From: an uncultured Verrucomicrobiae bacterium
Lineage (GTDB): Bacteria; Verrucomicrobiota; Verrucomicrobiia; Chthoniobacterales; Xiphinematobacteraceae
Reading direction: 5' to 3'
NCBI GenBank assembly: GCA_963706715.1
Contig: CAVPNI010000001.1
Location: 733,289-797,288 of the forward strand
DNA length: 64,000 nt
Program-made: the position numbers and the translations under genes
Notes under the pieces: model-generated
What the model was told of the DNA's origin: nothing
The model's database searches: none
Seen by the model: the letters and a program-made list of their open reading frames with translations, nothing else
Part shown: one piece after another, positions 1 through 9,183 of the stretch
How positions within the stretch are numbered: the first letter of the stretch is position 1
How the letters are laid out: the number at the start of each line of letters is the position of its first letter

Positions 1-2315
1 GCGGCATTACCAGCTTGCACCGTTTTCCATTTCCCGTCTTCGCCTCGCTCAACTTCCCAACCAACAAATTGAGTTGTCTTCAAATTTCCATCGCCAAGCC
101 GCTCGACTTGCCAAGTGCCGTGGTTGAGTTCTCGGTTACGGTTTCCTTCTCGATTTCCTGCTATGTAAGCATTGTGTTCCGAGCCAATGATGCGTTGTAC
201 AACGACACCTTTCTCTGTGAGCTTTTGATACAGGAGAGTGCCCAATTGAGGTTTTTTCCCGCAGGCTACTATGCTCAAGCGTTCAACTTGCCTGACGTCC
301 CTCACAAAATCAGAAATTTTTTCCGCAGCTATTCGATTGTTTGATTCTTCAATTAAATCGAATTTTTGTTGTCCATGCCAAATGGCAGTTATTTTCTCAT
401 ATTCTCCTTGAAGTGAAGTTTCGAGCGCGATCCAGTTCTTCTGCCACTCACTTCCCTGAATTGTCTCGTCAAACTTCCAATTCTTCCATTGTCCATTTTC
501 TGCCTGGCTCAATGCATAAATCTCAATGGTGGGATGTCTCTGGCGAAGATTTTCAATTGCATGTCGAAATTCATTACGTTCCTCTGTCTTTAAGACATTT
601 TCCGGAACCATGATCACTACGGCGCGAGGTTTCAGGGCTATCCGTCCGTTTCGGAGCATGTCATTCAAAAAACCAGAAAATGCTTCTGAATTTGTCCGCG
701 GACTATCTGCAATGATTCCTTGAGCCGTCTCCAAAAGGTCCCCGTTATTTAATAGCGAATTAAAATCATAAGCCAGATCTGCTTTGGGCGCTAGAATCAG
801 CTTCTTTGTCGACGGATGGTAAAAACCATAAAAATATTCGCTATCATAGCGCTGCATTTCTGCAAGAGGCAGATTTTCACGCCGAACTTTTTCTTGGACC
901 AATGATAATAAACGTTCGTCCCAATAATCGCTGGATGCAACCGAGTTGATGTTAATGGACGGCATATAAAAGATGGTCTGGGAAATTTTTGACGCATCCG
1001 GAGAAGGACCGCTCGGAATCCGGGCAGTGAGTACATCCACGTCTCGTTTAACGGCTGATTGAAGGCTCGTTAGAAATTGCCTTGGTTGAGCAACAAATCG
1101 CTGAGAAGCTGAGCTTGGCCTTGGTATCGCACTGACAGGTGCTGGACTTAATAGCTGACGGTCAGAATGAATACTGTTGCTTGTCGAGGTTTCCTCGGAG
1201 GACCCTACAAGGAATCGTCCTGCACGTGTGTAACCTAAGCTAGTGGCTGTTACTGTGGAGTCAGAGCCTTCGGCTACTGGTATCATATTAGTGATATCCG
1301 TAACTCTTCCCTTAGGAATTGGACCGCGAACATGGACTTCAGTGGGCGCAACCCCATCCCATCCATTAGTGAGACGTTCCACAAAATCTTGCGCGTTTCT
1401 ATCATCGGCAGGTAGATCAAAATTGAGCGCAATGGATTCATCCACATAGGCCACATCCAGTCCTTCAACGTCTATCATATACAACCTGATATTGCTTGGA
1501 TTTTCACCATGAACCCGGATGAATTCATTTTGATAAAGTTTCGCTAAACGAATAGTAGATCCGGCAGCGATCACGCTTGAACCGCCGCTGCCATCACCGA
1601 ACGTGTCGCTCCAATGGCCGACACCGTGAGAGCGAGCCATCGCTTGGACGGGAGGACCCTTGTGAGCACGGTAAACAAATTCTCCCTTTCGACCCTTTCG
1701 AATGAGAAAACCGGTCGGTCCCTCTCGATAAAGCTTTCCTTCTCCCACTAGCATATTCAGCAGATCCGGGTCTCGTTTGATAGGAATGTTTGTATCCCAA
1801 ACTGGGAAATCGGTTCCACTCGACCCCATGCGTTCAGCGAATGGTCGAGTCAGCGTGGAAAATCCGGATTTTTCTCCCCTTCCGGATCTGAGATAGACTC
1901 CAGCGTCTTCAGAGATGATTTTTTTTGAAGCCGTCCCACTTTGCCAATCCACTTCGACATAGGTATTAGCAGTTCGTGATTTCAGTTTTATTGCGACAAT
2001 CCGATTATTTTCGTTCAGGATGCGCACCACTTTAAGTGCCTCACCTGTTTGTGGATGGGCCCATGTACGTACCTCCCCTTGGCCTAAATTACGAAATTCT
2101 TCCGGAATCGTTGAAATAGCAGCTTGTTGCTCTTCAGAAACCATTCGGCGGTTCCGACTATGAATCACATGAGGTATCTGACTCTGCTGTTCATCGGAAT
2201 AAGCGTCGGCAATGGTGGAACTTGCGGAATGAATGTCCTGTTGTTGGACCGTTGAGACAAGATCCGAGGCTTGTGGAGAGTTCCCTGCGGTAACTGAGAT
2301 CAGGTGATGAGACAT
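1..2315 (-). CDS. Large hypothetical protein, first 771 codons (3' end lies beyond base 1); toxin-like multidomain candidate
   Basis: My own translation of the minus strand from the ATG at 2315-2313 (MSHHLISVTAGNSPQASDLVSTVQQQ...) stays open to base 1. It is absent from the ORF track only because it has no in-window stop. All listed minus ORFs in 1-2315 are in other frames. There is no hydrophobic signal peptide. The distal part shows ...ITAIWHGQQ-(38 aa)-RLSIVACGKK... (a His/Cys pair). Confidence 0.8.
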   Translation of the reverse strand, partial: MSHHLISVTAGNSPQASDLVSTVQQQDIHSASSTIADAYSDEQQSQIPHVIHSRNRRMVSEEQQAAISTIPEEFRNLGQGEVRTWAHPQTGEALKVVRILNENNRIVAIKLKSRTANTYVEVDWQSGTASKKIISEDAGVYLRSGRGEKSGFSTLTRPFAERMGSSGTDFPVWDTNIPIKRDPDLLNMLVGEGKLYREGPTGFLIRKGRKGEFVYRAHKGPPVQAMARSHGVGHWSDTFGDGSGGSSVIAAGSTIRLAKLYQNEFIRVHGENPSNIRLYMIDVEGLDVAYVDESIALNFDLPADDRNAQDFVERLTNGWDGVAPTEVHVRGPIPKGRVTDITNMIPVAEGSDSTVTATSLGYTRAGRFLVGSSEETSTSNSIHSDRQLLSPAPVSAIPRPSSASQRFVAQPRQFLTSLQSAVKRDVDVLTARIPSGPSPDASKISQTIFYMPSININSVASSDYWDERLLSLVQEKVRRENLPLAEMQRYDSEYFYGFYHPSTKKLILAPKADLAYDFNSLLNNGDLLETAQGIIADSPRTNSEAFSGFLNDMLRNGRIALKPRAVVIMVPENVLKTEERNEFRHAIENLRQRHPTIEIYALSQAENGQWKNWKFDETIQGSEWQKNWIALETSLQGEYEKITAIWHGQQKFDLIEESNNRIAAEKISDFVRDVRQVERLSIVACGKKPQLGTLLYQKLTEKGVVVQRIIGSEHNAYIAGNREGNRNRELNHGTWQVERLGDGNLKTTQFVGWEVERGEDGKWKTVQAGNA

Positions 2316-2487
2316 TGGATGTTAAAAATCCTGTGTACATTTGACTCATCAATTCCATAGAGAATATTATTAGGGTACTTGTTTGCTATAAATACTAAAC
2401 AGATTATGTATTATTATGCGAATTCCCTTCTGGGGACCGGTAAAATTTACGACTGACTCGCTCCGGATAACTGACGTTATGCACTTT

Positions 2488-2647
2488 TAGAAACTCCGGA
2501 GGAACACCGAGCCGTGGGAACAGCTGGGATAGTAGCCTGTCCGGCTTTGCCGGACAGCCCCTCCCCTCACAGGGGCGAAACTTGGCGGGAGCCAAGCGAG
2601 GCAAAAAGAACGACAAAGCGTGGTCATTTTATAGGGGTTATGCTATA
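2488..2647. mobile_element. Truncated copy of MITE family A (right ~160 bp with right TIR)
   Basis: It aligns with the right half of the copies at 37772-38029 and 49475-49732 (ggaacaccgagccgtgggaac...ggtcattttataggggttatgctata). The left half is replaced by a fragment of the S-type short repeat (ctgacgttatgcacttttag, 2471-2490). Confidence 0.75.
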
Positions 2648-2651
2648 ATAC

Positions 2652-4166
2652 TCAAGAAACAGCCCTATCGAGAGTGCGATATTGGATAGCTTCGGAAAGG
2701 TGCTGAGGTTGGAGAGATTCACATTGATCCAAGTCGGCGATCGTTCGCGCGACTTTGAGAATTCGATGGTAAGCTCTCGCGCTCAGACGGAGTCGATCCA
2801 TCGCGTGTTTCAGGAGGTTTTTCCCTTCCGAATCACATTGGCAGTGGCGTTCTAATAGAGACTCGCTCATGCGCGCATTGCAACCGCTGCCTGAAAATCG
2901 TCTGAATTGGATCTGGCGAGCGATGAGCACCCTTTCCAAGATTGCGGCTGAGGACTCGGAAACGGCAGGTTCTATCAATTCCTGATATTGGAGAGCCGGC
3001 GCCTCCACATGGATATCGATTCGATCTAATAATGGACCCGAAATTTTGCGGCGATAGCGTTCCACCTGTGGGGCAAGGCATCGGCATGGCCGGCGAGAAT
3101 CACCGTAGTGCCCGCAGGGACAAGGATTCATCGCCGCAACCAGCATGACTCGCGCTGGGAAGGTGACAGTCCCGGCAGCTCGCGTAATTGTAATGGAATC
3201 TTCTTCCAAAGGTTGGCGCAAAGCTTCCAACGAGGATCTCCGGAATTCCGGAAGTTCATCGAGAAAGAGCACTCCGTTGTGTGCCAAACTGATTTCTCCA
3301 GGTAAAAGTTCGGAAGATCCGCCCACCAGACCAATATCCGAAATTGTACTATGGACTGGGCGGAAGGGACGTTGGCGCAAAAGAAATCCATTCAGGATGC
3401 CGCAGATACTGTGGATTTTTGTCGTTTCAATTGCTTCCTCCAAAGTGGGCGGAGGCAGAATGCTGGGAATGCGCTTTGCGAGCATCGATTTTCCGGATCC
3501 CGGTGGCCCAATCAGGAGCAGGTTGTGATTTCCCGCAACGGCGACTTCAATAGCGCGTTTGACGCTGGCTTGGCCTTTGACATCTTGAAAATCGTGTTTT
3601 TCTCGTTCACACACAAATAACTCCTTCCCCGAGAGAGCGCGAGGAAGTTCAGTTGTTCCCGCAATAAAGTCGAAGCATTCCCGGAGGTTGTGTCCACCAT
3701 ATACCTCAAGTTCCGGAACCAGCGCTGCTTCAGAGACATTTGCAGCGGGCAAAAGTAAGGAACGCACTCCCTGTTTGCGTGCCTCGGAAGCTATCGAAAG
3801 GGCGCCTTTAATTGGACGAAGTTCACCATCCAAGGCGAGTTCGCCCACTGCCATACAGATCGGCAATCGTTTCAGCGGCTGTCTTAAATCCGCGGCAATC
3901 AAGGAAAGCGCGATGGGGAGATCAAAGTAGGGCCCTTCTTTTTTGAGATCGGCAGGAGCCAAATTAATAGTAGTTCGGCTTCGAGGACGGCGAAATCCAC
4001 TTGCGATGATCGCTGTGGTGACTCGGTCCTTGCTCTCCCGCACCGCTGCATCCGGCAACCCCACAATCACAATTGCAGGCAATCCGTGCCCGGAAATACT
4101 GGTTTCGATTTCGACGCGTACGGCATCGATCCCCTGTAAAGCTGCTGAAACTACCCGTGTAAGCAT
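2652..4166 (-). CDS. comM: Mg-chelatase-like AAA+ protein, YifB/ComM family
   Basis: 504 aa. It has an N-terminal Lon-protease-like segment ([15 protein letters not shown]...), Walker [15 protein letters not shown], Walker [11 protein letters not shown] and a C-terminal ...[17 protein letters not shown] tail typical of the family. Confidence 0.9.
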   Translation of the reverse strand: MLTRVVSAALQGIDAVRVEIETSISGHGLPAIVIVGLPDAAVRESKDRVTTAIIASGFRRPRSRTTINLAPADLKKEGPYFDLPIALSLIAADLRQPLKRLPICMAVGELALDGELRPIKGALSIASEARKQGVRSLLLPAANVSEAALVPELEVYGGHNLRECFDFIAGTTELPRALSGKELFVCEREKHDFQDVKGQASVKRAIEVAVAGNHNLLLIGPPGSGKSMLAKRIPSILPPPTLEEAIETTKIHSICGILNGFLLRQRPFRPVHSTISDIGLVGGSSELLPGEISLAHNGVLFLDELPEFRRSSLEALRQPLEEDSITITRAAGTVTFPARVMLVAAMNPCPCGHYGDSRRPCRCLAPQVERYRRKISGPLLDRIDIHVEAPALQYQELIEPAVSESSAAILERVLIARQIQFRRFSGSGCNARMSESLLERHCQCDSEGKNLLKHAMDRLRLSARAYHRILKVARTIADLDQCESLQPQHLSEAIQYRTLDRAVS

Positions 4167-4421
4167 TGCAGGGGTACTTTAATCGTGATGCGAGTTTTAG
4201 AGGATATGCAATGGCAACGATTTTTTTTGAGCCACTGTTTTGAATCGACGCCTATTTAACTCCCCGGAACCCACGTGACGGCAGCTCAAAATATCTCAAA
4301 TAGCTCCTATGCAGGATCTGTGATTTTGAAGGTCTGTAATCTGTTATTTGAAAATATCCGCTCGGGTGAATCTTTTATAAAAACATTTGTATGAAATACT
4401 TATCAAAAGTTACATGCATAT

Positions 4422-4673
4422 ATGAATATCACAACTAATTCGGATTTGCAGACTGCCTTATTTTGGAGTCGCGTCATGCGTTCTCAAGAGGAAGCAGGGG
4501 CATCGTCTTCGGCAGTAACCGAAGATACGATTGAGTTCCAAGGAAAAGGGACAAAACATTTGCACGACATGCAATGCAAGCCCAATCTTTCCAAGTTGAT
4601 ATTCGGGCGGTTGACAAAAGTTCGAGAATTGATCGACTGTGAATTTGCAAAGCCAATCCCAAAGAAAATTTAA
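4422..4673 (+). CDS. Hypothetical small protein (83 aa), ORFan
   Basis: The ORF begins MNITTNSDLQTALFWSRVMRS. It is co-directional with the next ORFan gene and 18 bp upstream of it. No recognisable motifs. Confidence 0.35.
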   Translation: MNITTNSDLQTALFWSRVMRSQEEAGASSSAVTEDTIEFQGKGTKHLHDMQCKPNLSKLIFGRLTKVRELIDCEFAKPIPKKI

Positions 4674-4691
4674 AAATACAGTTTTTATTCT

Positions 4692-5135
4692 ATGAGCTTA
4701 TCTACCAATTCAGCTTCCACTTCTACGCAGTCCTTAGCGCAACTTGTCTTGGCTTATGAGGAGTGGACCAGGCGGAGAGAAGGCCCGCCCTCCGTTTTGC
4801 CCCCCAGGTGCATCTCAATGGCAGTAGCGGCGAAACATGCCGGAGGGAAATACAGCGATGGCTTTGGCGATAACGAAATATCCATCCCTTGTATGGTAAC
4901 ACTCGCTTACTTAACGAGACGACCAACCATTGCCCCGGGTGTTTACACTTGTGCATTACCTTCGGGAGAGAAACTGTGTCAACAGGATCAATCGGACGAC
5001 GTAAAAAACGCGAAACAGGCGGCTACACGAGTGGAGAGCGCCAAATCGGAAGGGAATGCAGCAGCAGCACAAACCGCAATGACTGAACTTCGCCAAATCG
5101 TAGACAGAGTTTTCCAGAAATGTTTGCAAGCATAA
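4692..5135 (+). CDS. Hypothetical protein (147 aa), ORFan with a decayed paralog at 11963-12275
   Basis: The start MSLSTNSASTSTQS...WTRRRE is polar with no signal peptide. The 3' end and downstream 200 bp are duplicated at 12227-12472, where the coding part carries in-frame stops. This supports the present copy as the functional one. Confidence 0.5.
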   Translation: MSLSTNSASTSTQSLAQLVLAYEEWTRRREGPPSVLPPRCISMAVAAKHAGGKYSDGFGDNEISIPCMVTLAYLTRRPTIAPGVYTCALPSGEKLCQQDQSDDVKNAKQAATRVESAKSEGNAAAAQTAMTELRQIVDRVFQKCLQA

Positions 5136-5340
5136 GTAGCTAATTTTGTATGAGTTGGTGGGGATGTTAGTAGAAATACGTTCCAGCTACCCATTAACTG
5201 TTAAGTATAAATATCTCACCGACTGTTTATGTTCAATCTGGAGATTCTGTTGTAAATTTCTGGATGAAAATCCTATTTGCCTCAAATCCTGTGATGCCGA
5301 GAGGCTTTCAAAACACGGTTTTCTTTCAACCTGGATTTAT
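5094..5340 (+). repeat. Conserved ~246-bp segment, copy 1 (last 42 nt of the CDS plus ~200 nt non-coding)
   Basis: It aligns with 12227-12472 at a near-constant offset of 7133-7134 nt with few small indels, e.g. gttaagtataaatatctcac(c/t)gactgtttatgt...ctcaaatcc(t/c)gt(g/a)atgccgagaggctttca. The overlapping ORFs 5146-5388 and 12292-12702 lose frame relative to each other, so the conservation is at the nucleotide level. Confidence 0.8.
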
Positions 5341-6175
5341 AGCGAAACAGCTATATACCCATCGCCATTGAAGATACCGCCGACTTGATCTCTCGTATCA
5401 ACGACTTTCATTCCATTCAGACGGTTTCTTCATGTTGAATGGGTATATTATATTCATATGGCATAAAGTATCCGCGGGTATACTTTAATACGCAGATAGG
5501 CGAAGAAAGGTGACGCCTTATTCTCAGAAAGCGTTCTAAAATTATCACTCCGGATGCGGTAATTAATTTATGCAACAGGTCGCATTCATTCTCTGCTAAA
5601 TTTTCTTGGAGTAACTCCTAGCTGGACCATTGCGCCAATTGTTTCGGTAACGCTGCTATAGACTTCTCTTCATTTACATCAAAATTTTTTTTTGTCCTAA
5701 AGACCATCAACCAGTAAATACCTATCAACGTCTATACAGCTTTCACAACTATATTCCCGTATCCGCTTTCTTTGTTTCTATTCAAGTAACTATTTTTAAC
5801 TTAGTTATGCAAATATTATCAGCAATATCTAGCTCCCATCTCCCAAGCAAGGAGCCGCATCAACTACGCAGATTGAAAATTTGAGATTCACAGGATAATG
5901 TAGTTAATTATGATATGTGAAAAATCCAATCGAAATAGGACATAACATGTCCCGATCGTGTCAGATTTTTTAACATGCAATAATTCGGAATCAATCATTA
6001 CTACTTATGTGATTCCGTACTATTGCAGCTACTGTATAATGAATAATTTGCATAAATATCTGCGGCATACTGCCGTACAGTTGTTTAACAAACGAACATT
6101 TCAGTGGAAAATCGGAAAATTAAGAGGGAATCACTCTTAGTTTTCTAGTACAAAATAACAATATATATCAATAAT

Positions 6176-7351
6176 ATGAATATTACATTAAGTCCTAATA
6201 TACCATCATCCGGCATCGCTGCTGCTCAAAGAAGCCAAAATGAAGCCTTGCGGTTCAATAACCCTCAGAATCAAATAGAAAATCCGGAAAATGCCCAAGG
6301 TACGCACCGTGGGAGCGCTCGACTGGATCAACTCGTTTTGACTGGAGGGAATCGATACAGGAGACAGGTTCGGACTTCTGGTTCTAATTCTATTTTTAAG
6401 CTAAGCCCATCTGACGTGACGCGCCTAAAAGGTGTAGTAAATACCATTCAGAATAATATTAATACGTTTTTGACACAAAAACTGAAGACTCCGGAAACAG
6501 ACACTCAGGCAGGAGAAAAAACGCTCATTCTAGCTTGGACCGTAGAATATAAAGAAATATTAAATAATCTGAAACAGGAACTGGAGAAATCAGAGGCTCA
6601 TCCAGTTCGTATTCGACTATTTCTTGAAGATCTTAAACAAATGGTGGGAGATGCCGATACGAGGATCCCAGCACAATTGGAGGCCGCGTTCAATCTAAAT
6701 AACGACATCACGGACGACAGTACGCCTGCTACAACAAAAAAAATAATAAAGGACATTAGAACTGCGGAAAGGGATAACTTAAAAGGATTTTTAACTGAAT
6801 TTCACAGGGAGAATCTAGCCATTATTAATTCGGAAGTCGATAAATATCCCCTGGGTGAGGAATTCAAGCACGGATTGACTGAGAAAGACAAGCATGGGCC
6901 AGAAAGTGGTAAGACAACGTTTACCTCAGTCAAAGATCGATTTACACAAACTGCTACTTTCTCAGCTTCGTTGGATGATGAAGATTCCGTATACACTGGA
7001 ACGGCGATGATCCAGAATCCGGAAGAAACACGGAGATGGGACAGAACGAGTTTCGACTGCAATACTTATGCATTCGACGTCTCACCAGCGGAACGGGTAC
7101 GTAGTATAAAGCTCCATGGGGAAATTCCGGCTATATCAAGGACGGTATTTGATCGTGATAGTAGTGGAGCGGAAATACCCGGAACCCGGAGGTCAGAGAA
7201 TATTTCAGCAACACCGTTAAAAGTCCAAGCGTATGATTTCAGTGTTCCGCGAGGGCGCAAGCTCGTCTCGATTCCTATTCCAGAATCTCATTATGAATAC
7301 TCTCAACCAGAGGTGGTCTTTCATGGGACAGACGGCATGCAAGAGTCGTAG
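6176..7351 (+). CDS. Hypothetical protein (391 aa), ORFan
   Basis: A long ORF in AT-rich DNA. The N-terminus MNITLSPNIPSSGIAAAQRSQNE...GGNRYRRQV is polar. There is no signal peptide and no TM segment. Confidence 0.6.
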   Translation: MNITLSPNIPSSGIAAAQRSQNEALRFNNPQNQIENPENAQGTHRGSARLDQLVLTGGNRYRRQVRTSGSNSIFKLSPSDVTRLKGVVNTIQNNINTFLTQKLKTPETDTQAGEKTLILAWTVEYKEILNNLKQELEKSEAHPVRIRLFLEDLKQMVGDADTRIPAQLEAAFNLNNDITDDSTPATTKKIIKDIRTAERDNLKGFLTEFHRENLAIINSEVDKYPLGEEFKHGLTEKDKHGPESGKTTFTSVKDRFTQTATFSASLDDEDSVYTGTAMIQNPEETRRWDRTSFDCNTYAFDVSPAERVRSIKLHGEIPAISRTVFDRDSSGAEIPGTRRSENISATPLKVQAYDFSVPRGRKLVSIPIPESHYEYSQPEVVFHGTDGMQES

Positions 7352-7723
7352 AAGGTAGTAATTATAAATGCCGCGCTTGCGACAATGACGCTAAGTTTCT
7401 CCAAAAGTGGAAAGGACGCTGTTTCTAGAAAACTGAAGAGATAGAAAAGAAAACAGCTCACGCTGGGATACACAGTCGAGTGAATCTCTTAGGGTGAAAA
7501 ATGACGAGTCTTTTGGCTAGTATTAAATAGTGTTTGTTGTCCAAGCGCAGGACTTATTCTGAATAATTACGATAGACGGATGTACAATTAAAGCGTCTAA
7601 CAAAGCGTCTAACTAGGGTGGTCATAACGATCGATATAAACCTGGGGACTATTACTAGAAAGTAATGTAAATGACGCATAAACAGACTGATAATCACATT
7701 AACTATATAGATTCAAAAACAAT

Positions 7724-8728
7724 ATGTCTGAGGTGAAATATATCTCTAATGGGTATCCCGTAGGTGTTACTCAAGTGAAAAGTGCAAGTGAGCAACAAGG
7801 TGCTGTTGAACAGACAGAAAATAAAAATACAAAGCAGGGGAAGAGTCAACTGAATGCTCTTTATCAACAATCCTCTCGCCGTGCTCATCAAAGGCGAAGT
7901 TTGGATACGCAAGACAATACAAATCAATCGGTGCAGCAACGCAACGTAAAAATTAGGGTAGATGAGTTACAGACGTATATAGAAACAACCGTAATGAAGG
8001 ACGATCGTATCTCTTCTAGCAATAAACAACATCTCAAGAAAAATGTCGATGATTTGCTCAAAGAGGTAGAAAAATGGAATAATTCTAATGAGAAAGAACA
8101 GTCAAGAAAAGTGGAACACTTAGTTTATGAAATACGAAATTGGAATATTGGTGGTATCGGTATAGCAAAACGGTTGGATAATTTACGGGAAGTCAGGGGA
8201 ATTTCATATTTTTCTCCGATCATATCTGAGGAGCAAATGATAATAAATGGAAAACAAACATTACGAAGTGAGGTAACTAACACAATTGCTGACTTAGGTA
8301 AATACGTCCAGGAAAGTCCGGATCTGACACCAGATAGCAAAAACTGGTTGCTATCTGAAATAAATAATAAGCTTAAAAAACCAATGAATCACGCTGTTAC
8401 CGATTTGAATCCAGCATGGTTCAAAACGAATATTGGACTGATTAGATCAGCAATAAGTGCTCTGCAAAATAAGTTAAAATATTGTTTAATTTATGTACAA
8501 AACAACAAAAGCGGGCATACGGAAAAAGAAATAAGTAACTACTTCAATACATTGATCGCTCAAATCGATAAAATTAAATTTCCGATAGGCATGGCGGGCG
8601 GGAAAAGGGTAACCACTACTAGTGCCGAAAAGCTTATCATATGGGCGAGTTTAGATGGCGAAGATGGTGAGAAATCTGAAGTAGAGATAATTCCCGAAAG
8701 AATCGCAGAGACTCCGATTTCTAGATGA
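7724..8728 (+). CDS. Hypothetical protein (334 aa), K/N/E/Q-rich, probably helical or coiled
   Basis: The ORF has the N-terminus MSEVKYISNGYPVGVTQVKSASEQQ...SSRRAHQRRS. No signal peptide and no known motif. Confidence 0.6.
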   Translation: MSEVKYISNGYPVGVTQVKSASEQQGAVEQTENKNTKQGKSQLNALYQQSSRRAHQRRSLDTQDNTNQSVQQRNVKIRVDELQTYIETTVMKDDRISSSNKQHLKKNVDDLLKEVEKWNNSNEKEQSRKVEHLVYEIRNWNIGGIGIAKRLDNLREVRGISYFSPIISEEQMIINGKQTLRSEVTNTIADLGKYVQESPDLTPDSKNWLLSEINNKLKKPMNHAVTDLNPAWFKTNIGLIRSAISALQNKLKYCLIYVQNNKSGHTEKEISNYFNTLIAQIDKIKFPIGMAGGKRVTTTSAEKLIIWASLDGEDGEKSEVEIIPERIAETPISR

Positions 8729-9183
8729 ACGATCAATAAGTTATATTTAACAATAACGATAAGCAAAAAATGTTTATCTGGAGATGGGAATAATTCCTAG
8801 CCCGCACAGCCAAAAAAAGCTGCTGATTCAGCCCATGAGCCGGACCTTTCATGGGCAAAGTCAATATATTCCCAAACTTTGGAAAACTATGTTAGTGGTT
8901 TATGACAGTGCTGGATTGGAAGTCTAATACAGCCAGTTATAAGTAGAGTGATGGAGTTATTAGCGCTTCTCCTTACAAGCGAAGGGTGGCAACAGAGCTG
9001 TAGCTGTCTAATCGGAATGCCTCAACACAACGTGTGGAAAGGCAATGCGGATTTCAGGGCGATGTCTTTGGAACGTTGATCAATGCAGTACATAAACGTT
9101 CTATAGAATATTTCTGAGCAGACTGCATAACAAGCGGTTGCCCATCTAAACTGGAGCGGATTTGTGCTGAAAGAAAACTGAAT

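Noticed and set aside
5146-5388. The 80-aa ORF (and the N-terminal part of 12292-12702) overlapping the conserved 246-bp element, as a conserved small protein.
   Set aside because: The two copies share PLTVKYKYLTDCLC..WRFC, but indels then shift the frame and the downstream residues are unrelated. The nucleotide identity continues while protein identity does not.
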